From Candidatus Hydrogenedentales bacterium (GTDB lineage Bacteria > Hydrogenedentota > Hydrogenedentia > Hydrogenedentales > JAEUWI01), in assembly GCA_041859365.1 (NCBI GenBank), contig JBHEKR010000341.1:5821-69820 (forward strand): a stretch of DNA of 64,000 bases, in the 5' to 3' direction. Position 1 is the first letter of the stretch; each line of letters opens with the position of its first letter. Below the pieces are notes generated by a model. The model saw only the letters and a list, made by a program, of their open reading frames with translations, was not told the DNA's origin and ran no database searches. This document shows positions 9,815 through 17,485 of the stretch, in pieces. The translations under genes and the position numbers were made by a program.

Positions 9815-10879
9815 TCACCAGATCTCCGCCTCCGGAGCCAGGGGTAGTTCCACCGGGCCGCCGCGTTTCGCGGATGCATACATGGCGAGGGCCACTTCCA
9901 GCGTGTGGCGCACGCCCTTCACGGGGATCACCACCTCATGATCCGCGCGGATCGCGTCAATCATATCCTGCACCACCACAAGGTGATCGCGAAAGCCGAA
10001 GTCTGCGGCACCGCCTGCGGCCGTGTGTTGCTCCGCGCTGCCCAGTTTCCGTATTGCTTCGTCTTCTGGCTGCTCGTCCTTGAACTTCCACTCCGCCATA
10101 CGCTCGCCGACGAGGATCGCCGTGCCCTTCTCGCCGTGAATCTCAACACGCAGATCCGAGCCGGGCCAGAGCGCGGTGGAGGCCTGGACCACGCCGTGGG
10201 CGCCGCATTGGTACGCCACAAAGGCCGAGAGCGTATCCTCCAGATCCACGGAGGGGTGCTGTAAATTGGCCATCCGCGCATCGACCCGCTTCATGGGGCC
10301 GACGAGGTAGACCAGCAGGTCGATGTAGTGAAAGGCGTGCTGGATCGTCACCCCGGCCCCGCACTGGCGCGAGGAACGCCACGGATCCATATGGTAATAG
10401 TCGGCGGGTCGGTACCATTTCATGTACGTGTCCGCATGGAGCAATCGCCCGAAGCGTCCGCTGTCAACCGCGTTCTTTATGGCGGTCACGGCATCGCGCA
10501 CGCGGCACTGCACCGTGCAACCGAACTTCACGCCGGCCTCCGCGCAGGCCGCGACCATCTGATCGGTCTCGGTGAGCGACATGGCCGGGGGTTTTTCGCA
10601 GAGCACGTGTTTGCCCGCCTTCGCGCAGGCCAGGACAGCCTCGAAGTGGAGATGGTTTGGGGTGGCGATGTTGACCACGCTAATCGCGGGATCACCCAGG
10701 AGCGCCTCCAGACTGTAGCGCGCCTCGACGCCAAATTCCGATGCGCGCCCATCCGCCCGGGCCTGATCCACGTCGGCGATGGCAACCAGACGTCCGCCGC
10801 TGGAATGAAGGATGGCGTTGGCGTGAAAAGGGCTCACGAGCCCCGCACCGAGAATACCGAAACCTATGGGAGTGTTCAT
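9815..10879 (-). CDS. Gfo/Idh/MocA family NAD(P)-dependent oxidoreductase
   Basis: The track start 10918 is TTG. ATG at 10879 (GGAG upstream) gives MNTPIGFGILGAGLVSPFH (Rossmann GxGxxG). Canonical AGKHVLCEKP motif is present. Confidence 0.85.
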   Translation of the reverse strand: MNTPIGFGILGAGLVSPFHANAILHSSGGRLVAIADVDQARADGRASEFGVEARYSLEALLGDPAISVVNIATPNHLHFEAVLACAKAGKHVLCEKPPAMSLTETDQMVAACAEAGVKFGCTVQCRVRDAVTAIKNAVDSGRFGRLLHADTYMKWYRPADYYHMDPWRSSRQCGAGVTIQHAFHYIDLLVYLVGPMKRVDARMANLQHPSVDLEDTLSAFVAYQCGAHGVVQASTALWPGSDLRVEIHGEKGTAILVGERMAEWKFKDEQPEDEAIRKLGSAEQHTAAGGAADFGFRDHLVVVQDMIDAIRADHEVVIPVKGVRHTLEVALAMYASAKRGGPVELPLAPEAEIW

Positions 10880-10913
10880 ACTGCTCCGAACTTCAAAATC
10901 CGATGATCTGAAC

Positions 10914-10940
10914 CGCAAATTTTCGCAAATTCGCGCAAAT
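10914..10940. repeat. 3 x CGCAAAT at exact 10-bp phasing, 35-61 nt upstream of the oxidoreductase start
   Basis: cgcaaat at 10914, 10924 and 10934. Confidence 0.7.
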
Positions 10941-11015
10941 CCAGATTAGCCCGCGAAAAGTCGGTCGTACTTGCTGCACGCAAGGCACTGGCCCGACTGA
11001 ATTGAGGTTGTTCAT

Positions 11016-11067
11016 TTCCGTGAGCTTCCGTGTCCTTCCGTGGTCCACAATTTCTTTTTTCTCCGTG
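11016..11067. repeat. 3 x TTCCGTG at exact 10-bp phasing plus a fourth CTCCGTG
   Basis: ttccgtg at 11016, 11026 and 11036; ctccgtg at 11061. Confidence 0.7.
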
Positions 11068-11080
11068 GCTCCCTATCTTC

Positions 11081-13654
11081 CTACTTCAATTTCGTGGCAT
11101 TTTTCACGTAGTACACGCTGTAGAATGTGCCTTCATCGAGTGTTGGATAGCCCTTGAAGTGGGCCTGCTCGTCGATCTCTTCGTACTCGAAGTCTTTTGA
11201 CACTTTCCAGTGCTTCCGCTGCTCCGGCGTGATCTCCGCGTATAGAATATGCATGGCAAGATTGCCCCTCTCGTCCAAGGACATGCCCTGAAGGTGACTC
11301 CAGCGAATGTAGTCGCCACCCGTGGCACAGGAACCGAGATAGGTCTTCGTCTCGGTCTTCGGATCCCACACGAAAATGTCCAGGGGCACATTGCGCCCGC
11401 CCGTGCTGCCCCAGTAGATACGTCCATCGGGTCCGCGCTCAAAGGCCTGCACCCCCGAGTGCTTTGAATCCCCATCAACACCCACGTAACACAAGGGACG
11501 TGTATGGAGCTTACCATCCTTGCCGGTGTCCAGACTCATCTCGAAGATCGTGTCACCCGCGAGGCCGTAGTAGGTATTCGTCCCTGGCGCGCCACAGGCG
11601 GAGGCATAGGAGTGGACATACTTCAAACCCTCATCCCCCACCACCTCGATATCGCGCAGGCGAAATTCCTCCGGGTCCCACACGCTCATGAAGTTCCTGC
11701 CTGAGGGCGTGGTTTCGCCGGGATGATAGATCTTGCCTGTGCCGGGGTCGATGGGCATGTAGCGCGTCGGGTGGGGTCTGGCCATGTTGCCCGCGTTCCA
11801 CACGCGCTTCGTGGCCATGTTGTACACCAGGAAGAAGGTCCCCGCATCGGAAGAACCATAAAGAAATCCGCGATCCGTATCGATGTCGAAACTGGTGATA
11901 CCCTCCTGCGGCCAGCCGGGTCCAAGATCCAGGGTCACATCGGTCCTGGGATCGTAGGAAAACATGTGGCAGGTGTACTGACTGCCGCGCGCGCCCTCCG
12001 GCGCTTCACCCACGTCCGCGCGGATCTCGTAGTGCAACTCGTAGCCCTGCTTCATGGCTCCGTAGATCTTGCCGTCCGCCCCGAGGCGCAACTTGGTGTG
12101 AATCTTCCCGGGTATGCCCTGGCCCCTGCCGTACTGGCCGGTCAATTCATCGGAGCGAAAAACGGCGCGCCACGCGGCGGTCTTTGGATCGAGCTGGGTC
12201 AGGTGCGCCGCTTTTCCGTAGTAGGCCGTGCCCACATAGACCCGGCCTTTTCGATCCTGCTCGATGGCGGTGTAGCCCGAGCCGCCGTGCATTTCGGAGG
12301 GTATCGGATAAACATCGACCTCCAGGGGTTTGCGCAGATAAAAGCGGTCCTCGGGCACCACGGCCACACGTCCTTCGCCCACCGTGGTGGGCGGGAGTAT
12401 CCCGCTTTTCTCCCAGGGCTTCTTTTCTCCCGGCGTGAGCACCCACAAATTTGCCACACGAATGGCCTCCGCCGCGACCAGGGTGCCGTCGGACGCGCAG
12501 GCCACCGCACCCACGCGATGACGATTCTGAAAGACCTGCTTGGCGGGAAAATCGATGTCAAAGGTGCCGTCGCCCACGTTGCACGACCAGAGCCGGCTCA
12601 TGCCCTCCTCTCCACCGCCGCTCACGCCATAGAGTCGGCCGTCCAGCGGAGAGAAGGCCATGCCCATGATGTCGATAGCGCGGATGGGCTTGCCGAAAAC
12701 GCCCATCTCCTCCGTGGCCAGATTGTACTTCACGATGTAGCCGTCGGAAGTGCCCATGTAGAGGTGGCCATCCTTTTCCACGATGGCGTCGATACGGTTC
12801 CAATAGTTTCGTCCGGGAACAGAGGGGATGTAACCCACCGCGGTGAAGCGCTGCTGGAGATCGGTCACCTCGGGGTCGTAGCGGAGGATCTGGCCGTCCC
12901 ATCCGGAGGTGTACATCTTTCCGTCGGAGGCCACGTGCATGGCCTTCGCGATGAGGCGATTGTTCCACTCGGCCTCGCCCGGGGTGATGCCTGCGAGTTC
13001 ACGATCTACGGTGACCAGCCCCACGCGGTGATTCGAGACCATGGAATACGTCTCGCCGAAAGCGGTGTGCTCCACCTTGCCGGTCTTCGTGTCGTAGATG
13101 AAGAAGCGGCCGTTGGGCGCAGTGACGCCGTAGATGAGGCCGCGCTGTTTATCCAGGGTCATGGTGTGGATGCCCTGATTGGGCACGGGAACGCCCAGGT
13201 CCTCCAGTTTGCCCTCGCTGATTCGGTAAAGGTGGCCAGTGTTATACTCGGCCTTGATGGGGATCAGGTTGGCGTCTTCAGGATCGAAATTGGGCTCATC
13301 GTTTCGAATCTTGAGCCAGAGCTGCTCCTTCGTCAGCACCGTGCCGAAGTAGACCGTGTCCCCATCCACCACAAGCCCCCGCATGACCGTGTTCGTGCCG
13401 GGGACGGTTGCGAGTACCTCGACCTTTTGTGTTTCGAGATCGAAACGAAAGACATGGCAGACATCGCCCGAAGTCGCGCCGAAGATGGCATTACCCTCGG
13501 CCACGAGCACATTCGTTTCCCGCGCGTCCGCCTCCATGCCTGCGGCATCGCGCAGGTTCACTTCGGTGGCCTGATTGTAGGTGAGGTACCTGACGGGCGC
13601 GGCGGGGACCGTGAGGGCCATCGCGAAGAGGCCGAGCCAAGCGAAACGTCTCAT
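11081..13654 (-). CDS. Large secreted beta-propeller-type repeat protein, function unknown
   Basis: The track start 13699 is TTG. ATG at 13654 with GGAGG 9 nt upstream gives MRRFAWLGLFAMALTVPAAP (signal peptide). Recurrent G-x-hydrophobic-Y-hydrophobic-G/T blade-like segments (GDTVYFGT, GLIYGVT, GKMYTSG, GHLYMGT, GRLYGVS, GRVYVGT, GKIYGAM, GFLYGSS). Confidence 0.7.
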   Translation of the reverse strand: MRRFAWLGLFAMALTVPAAPVRYLTYNQATEVNLRDAAGMEADARETNVLVAEGNAIFGATSGDVCHVFRFDLETQKVEVLATVPGTNTVMRGLVVDGDTVYFGTVLTKEQLWLKIRNDEPNFDPEDANLIPIKAEYNTGHLYRISEGKLEDLGVPVPNQGIHTMTLDKQRGLIYGVTAPNGRFFIYDTKTGKVEHTAFGETYSMVSNHRVGLVTVDRELAGITPGEAEWNNRLIAKAMHVASDGKMYTSGWDGQILRYDPEVTDLQQRFTAVGYIPSVPGRNYWNRIDAIVEKDGHLYMGTSDGYIVKYNLATEEMGVFGKPIRAIDIMGMAFSPLDGRLYGVSGGGEEGMSRLWSCNVGDGTFDIDFPAKQVFQNRHRVGAVACASDGTLVAAEAIRVANLWVLTPGEKKPWEKSGILPPTTVGEGRVAVVPEDRFYLRKPLEVDVYPIPSEMHGGSGYTAIEQDRKGRVYVGTAYYGKAAHLTQLDPKTAAWRAVFRSDELTGQYGRGQGIPGKIHTKLRLGADGKIYGAMKQGYELHYEIRADVGEAPEGARGSQYTCHMFSYDPRTDVTLDLGPGWPQEGITSFDIDTDRGFLYGSSDAGTFFLVYNMATKRVWNAGNMARPHPTRYMPIDPGTGKIYHPGETTPSGRNFMSVWDPEEFRLRDIEVVGDEGLKYVHSYASACGAPGTNTYYGLAGDTIFEMSLDTGKDGKLHTRPLCYVGVDGDSKHSGVQAFERGPDGRIYWGSTGGRNVPLDIFVWDPKTETKTYLGSCATGGDYIRWSHLQGMSLDERGNLAMHILYAEITPEQRKHWKVSKDFEYEEIDEQAHFKGYPTLDEGTFYSVYYVKNATKLK

Positions 13655-14010
13655 GAAGCCATACCTCCAGACGATCAGAAAGGATTCCAAGCATTGCAAG
13701 AACTGCGCCCGACGGAGTAATGCTACTGGAAGGACAGCCGAAGGTCAAGGACCTGTTTATTGCCTGTTTGTTCGATATGGCAAAGTACATACGGTACGTG
13801 TGACGTGGCGGACTCCGTAACTCTTTACGAATCGAATTTTCCATTGCCGGTCCTGGGCTGGGTCCCTCTCCAGGCGTCGTCCTGATTCGTCGGCACGGTT
13901 CCAAAAAGTTGTATTGCACGGGGTATTTCGACAGAATGTCGCCTTAGTGGCTGCGCACGATCGCCAGCCTCCAGTCCCACCATACTTGCCTTGCAAGGGA
14001 GGTTTTAACC

Positions 14011-14787
14011 ATGAAATCGAAGTATCTTATGTTGCTTGCCCTGTTCCCGGCCCTGATGCTGGTCGGTTGTCCCAAGAGCGAGACGGCTCCCGCCACGGAG
14101 GCCCCGGCGGAGGCCGCATCCGCGCCGGCGGACGAATCCGCCGCACCGGCCGAGGGCTCGGGCACAGTAAATGAAGCGCCGGCGGAAGCCCCGGCGACGG
14201 CGCCCGCCGCATCGGCGGAGAAGGAAGCCGAAGAGGGCGGCGAATGGATCTCCCTTTTCAATGGCAAGGATCTGGAAGGTTGGACGCCGCGCGGCGATGC
14301 GGTGTGGGAAGTGAAGGACGGGGTCATGGTGGGACGTTCGCCCGGGAAACAGGGTCACATCTACATTGGACCGGAGCTTACGGATCTTGAAGTGAAGGGT
14401 ATGTTCCGGATTGCGGTGACCGAGGAGGGCAAGAACGCGAACAGCGGTCTTTATTTCCGGGCCAATCCGCCGGCGGACAACGTAAACGGCTATCCGGAGG
14501 GCTACGAGGCCCAGATCTGCAACAGCCAGGAAGCCCACACGGGCTGGCTTTGGAAGCCGGGCAAGGGCGTGGGCAAGGCGTCGAAGCTGCTCACAAAAGA
14601 CGGCGAATGGTTTGCCATGCGCGTGAAGGCCGTGGGACCGAAGATTGAAATCTATATCAACGACGAACTCGTGACGACCTACGAGGACACGGAGTTCACC
14701 AAGGGCTTCTTCGCCATCCAGTGCCACAACTCGGGCATGACGGCGGAAGCGAAAGAGCTCTACTACCGCGATCTTTCCAAGAAGTAG
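14011..14787 (+). CDS. DUF1080 (3-keto-disaccharide hydrolase / LamG-like) lipoprotein
   Basis: GGGAGG RBS. Lipobox LMLVGC. Ala/Pro/Glu-rich linker. Family-typical WISLFNGKDLEGW ... FAIQCHNSG ... YRDL. Confidence 0.85.
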   Translation: MKSKYLMLLALFPALMLVGCPKSETAPATEAPAEAASAPADESAAPAEGSGTVNEAPAEAPATAPAASAEKEAEEGGEWISLFNGKDLEGWTPRGDAVWEVKDGVMVGRSPGKQGHIYIGPELTDLEVKGMFRIAVTEEGKNANSGLYFRANPPADNVNGYPEGYEAQICNSQEAHTGWLWKPGKGVGKASKLLTKDGEWFAMRVKAVGPKIEIYINDELVTTYEDTEFTKGFFAIQCHNSGMTAEAKELYYRDLSKK

Positions 14788-14797
14788 ACTACGTTTT

Positions 14798-14832
14798 AAC
14801 TCCCGCGGGCACGTGGTGTGCTCGCGGGAGTT
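14798..14832 (+). terminator. Stem-loop downstream of the DUF1080 gene (10-bp perfect stem, weak U-tract)
   Basis: aactcccgcg (14798-14807) pairs with cgcgggagtt (14823-14832) across a 15-nt loop, followed by gcttatctc. It lies inside the over-extended track ORF 14818, which supports the 14884 start for the next gene. Confidence 0.45.
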
Positions 14833-14883
14833 GCTTATCTCAGCGGCAACGGCGGGCGGCACGCCCGCACCACGGAGGGCGTC

Positions 14884-15762
14884 ATGTGGATTGCACTGGC
14901 AGTGCTGGTTTGTGCGACGGCGGATGCGGGCGCGGATTGGAACAAGCTTGAAGTCAGCGGCTGCGAGAATGTGTTCCGCGTAACGGATTCGGTCTACAGC
15001 GGCGGCGAGCCCCACACGGAAGCAGCGCTGAAGGCACTGGCCGACTTGGGCATTAAGACCATCGTCAGCGTGGATGGTGCGAAGCCGGATGTGGAAACGG
15101 CGAAGAAGTATGGCCTGCGCTACATCCACCTCCCCATCGGCTATGACGGCTTTTCACGCGAGCGGGGCCTCCAGTTTGGCCGCATATTGACGGATACCGA
15201 GGGGCCGGTCTACTTCCACTGCCACCACGGCAAGCACCGGGGCCCGGCGGCCGTGGCGGCGGGTATGGAGGCTTCCGGCCGGTGGCAGCCCGGCCAGGCA
15301 AATGCCTTCCTGAAGGCAGCGGGCACGGCGGCGAAGTACACCGGGCTGTACGAGATTATCGACACTTTTACGCTGCCGACGAAAGAAGAGCTCGCCGCCG
15401 TGGATGTAACCTTTCCCGCCATCGCGGTCACACTACCTTTTCAAGAGGCCATGGCCTTGATCGATCGCCAGAAGGACAATTTGGCCTTGGCGGAGAAAGC
15501 GGGCTGGAAATCACCGGAGGATCACCCAGACATCGCACCGCCCCACGAGGCCCTCCAGCTCCGTGAGAGCTTCACCGAAATCCTTCGCCTCAAGAGCGAG
15601 GGGGACCGCCCCGCCGCATACCAGCAAGAGATGAAGCGGGCCCTCGATGCGGCGGCGACCTTGGAAGAGGCATTGCGCGCCAATGAGCCCGGGGGCGCCA
15701 CGGCGGCCTTTAAGGCCCTGAATAATTCCTGCAACGCGTGCCACGAGCTGTTTCGCGACTGA
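14884..15762 (+). CDS. Exported Cys-phosphatase-like (DSP/DUF442-type) domain fused to a C-terminal class II cytochrome c (cytochrome c'-like) domain
   Basis: ATG 14884 after GGAGGG. Signal-like MWIALAVLVCATADA. P-loop HCHHGKHRG (C-X5-R). The C-terminal helical region of about 110 aa ends in SCNACHELFRD (CxxCH next to the C-terminus, as in cytochrome c'). Confidence 0.7.
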   Translation: MWIALAVLVCATADAGADWNKLEVSGCENVFRVTDSVYSGGEPHTEAALKALADLGIKTIVSVDGAKPDVETAKKYGLRYIHLPIGYDGFSRERGLQFGRILTDTEGPVYFHCHHGKHRGPAAVAAGMEASGRWQPGQANAFLKAAGTAAKYTGLYEIIDTFTLPTKEELAAVDVTFPAIAVTLPFQEAMALIDRQKDNLALAEKAGWKSPEDHPDIAPPHEALQLRESFTEILRLKSEGDRPAAYQQEMKRALDAAATLEEALRANEPGGATAAFKALNNSCNACHELFRD

Positions 15763-15829
15763 TTGGGGCGATGACCGGGGGCGGGCGGGTTGCGTGCGCC
15801 GAAACGGCTATCAACACCCAGCGTCCTCG

Positions 15830-15838
15830 TGGTATAGT
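15830..15838 (+). promoter_or_regulatory. Candidate extended -10 promoter (TGgTATAGT) for the MATE gene
   Basis: tggtatagt at 15830-15838, about 60 nt upstream of ATG 15900. No good -35. Confidence 0.35.
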
Positions 15839-15899
15839 ACCGATTCCCTGATTCTTCCGGAAATCCACCCGCCCTCGACGGCAGTTGAAGCCCTAATTC

Positions 15900-17300
15900 A
15901 TGAGAAAATTCGACGACGAATTGGTTTCCGGCAACATTGTCTGGTCCGTTTGGAAGCTGGCGTGGCCCGTCACGCTGCTCAATCTGGTCAACGGGCTCCA
16001 CGGGATGGTGGACCATATCCTCGTGGGACACTATATTGTCTCCGAGTCCAACGCGGCCAATGCGGCCATCGGGGTGGCCTGGCAGGTCTTCCTCGTCATT
16101 GTGGTGTTCATCGCTTCCCTCTTCCACGGAATGAACGTCCTCATTTCCCGCTATGCCGGCCGGCAGGATCGGGAGAACATGAGCCGCGTGGCCTATGAGG
16201 CCTTCTTGTCCTCCGTTTACATCCTGGTGTTCATCGTGGCGCCCGCGGGGTACTTTCTGGCGCCCCACCTCCTCGATCTCGTGGAGGCCCCGCCGGAGGT
16301 CCAGGTGCACGCCCTTCCCTATCTCCGCGTGCTCTTCGTATTCGGCGCGCCGCTCTTCCTGAGCTTCATGTTCACCGGCGCCTTTCAGGCCACGGGCGAC
16401 GCCAAGACCCCCCTGATACTCGGCGTGCTGGCCACCTTTCTCAACGTGGGTATCAGCGCGATGCTGATCACCGGCGCGGGTCCTTTCCCGGCGCTCGGGG
16501 CCGTCGGGGCGGCGCTGGGCACCGTCCTCGCCCCCTTGTTCACCGTCTCGATCTCCATCGCCCTCGTGCTGCGACGAAAGATGCTCATCCTCCCGCCGGA
16601 GCAGTATCGCCTCGTGCCGGATTTCGCCACCATGAAAGTCATCGCCCGCATCGGCATCCCCACGGGCATTCAGGGGGTGCTGCTCAACATCGGTGGGACC
16701 CTCATCATGCGCTTTCTCGGCGCGATGGAGGCGGGCATTTCCGCACCGGCCCTGGCGGCCTATACCATCTGCTATGCCCAGTTGTTTTCGCTGATTACCT
16801 GGACCAGTTTCGGGCTTCGGGCCGCCGCCGGAACCCTCATGGGGCAGAATATCGGCGCTGGAAAACATGAACGCGGGAAAAGCGCCGTGCGCGTTGCGGC
16901 GACCTTTGGCGGTGCCTGGGCGGTGCTGATCGGCGCCGTCTTCTGGTGTTTCCCCACGGAGTTGCTGGCCATCTTCGGCGCGAGTCACGGGCCCATCGTG
17001 CCCATTGGCGTTTCGCTCCTGCAGTACCTGACCTTTTCCGGCGTAGTCATCGCCGTGGCGCTGGCCCTGACGGGCGGCCTTCAGGGCGCGGGCGAGACCA
17101 AGCTTCCCATGTACATCGCTTTCCTCACCCAGATCGTGGTGCTGCTGGGCATCTGCTGGTGGTATCAGTGGCATCAGGCGCTCACCCCCGAGCGCGTGTG
17201 GATGGCGATTTTGATCAGTCACCTCAGCCGCCTGTTCCTCACATGGCTCGTGTTCCGCACGGAAAATTGGGCGCACACCGTGGTGGAACTGGACGACTGA
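15900..17300 (+). CDS. MATE family efflux transporter
   Basis: 466 aa with 12 hydrophobic segments. Typical N-terminus GNIVWSVWKLAWPVTLLNLVNGLHGMVDHILVGH and internal duplication (ARIGIPTGIQGVLLNIG). Confidence 0.9.
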   Translation: MRKFDDELVSGNIVWSVWKLAWPVTLLNLVNGLHGMVDHILVGHYIVSESNAANAAIGVAWQVFLVIVVFIASLFHGMNVLISRYAGRQDRENMSRVAYEAFLSSVYILVFIVAPAGYFLAPHLLDLVEAPPEVQVHALPYLRVLFVFGAPLFLSFMFTGAFQATGDAKTPLILGVLATFLNVGISAMLITGAGPFPALGAVGAALGTVLAPLFTVSISIALVLRRKMLILPPEQYRLVPDFATMKVIARIGIPTGIQGVLLNIGGTLIMRFLGAMEAGISAPALAAYTICYAQLFSLITWTSFGLRAAAGTLMGQNIGAGKHERGKSAVRVAATFGGAWAVLIGAVFWCFPTELLAIFGASHGPIVPIGVSLLQYLTFSGVVIAVALALTGGLQGAGETKLPMYIAFLTQIVVLLGICWWYQWHQALTPERVWMAILISHLSRLFLTWLVFRTENWAHTVVELDD

Positions 17301-17358
17301 CGCATTCGCCGTCCGTCGACGCGCTCCTTCTCCAACCCTTTTCACGCGTATGCATCCC

Positions 17359-17375
17359 GGGCACATTTCCTGCTT
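17359..17375 (+). promoter_or_regulatory. Candidate sigma54 (-24/-12) promoter upstream of the Amt-sensor kinase
   Basis: GGGCACATTTCCTGCTT has GG and GC at the canonical spacing (GGCAC-N6-TGC, the same register as the exact site at 48812-48828). It deviates at T-26 and one T of the TTGC element. It lies about 113 nt upstream of ATG 17486. Confidence 0.4.
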
Positions 17376-17485
17376 AATTCCATATCAGGCAATGGAAGTG
17401 GACTGGAAAGCCACCCTCGCGTACGGATTACTCCGCAAATCCTACATTAGGGTATGGATTTCCCCTGTCCCGAGCGAGGAGAAGC

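Noticed and set aside
11001-11012. attgaggttg as a further relic of the palindromic-element terminus (gattgaggtgg)
   Set aside because: Only 9 of 11 positions match and there is no flanking similarity, so it is indistinguishable from chance.
11723-13720. 665-aa plus-strand ORF opposite the beta-propeller gene
   Set aside because: Biased Gly/Arg/His/Val composition. The minus-strand frame has a good RBS, a signal peptide and repeat structure.
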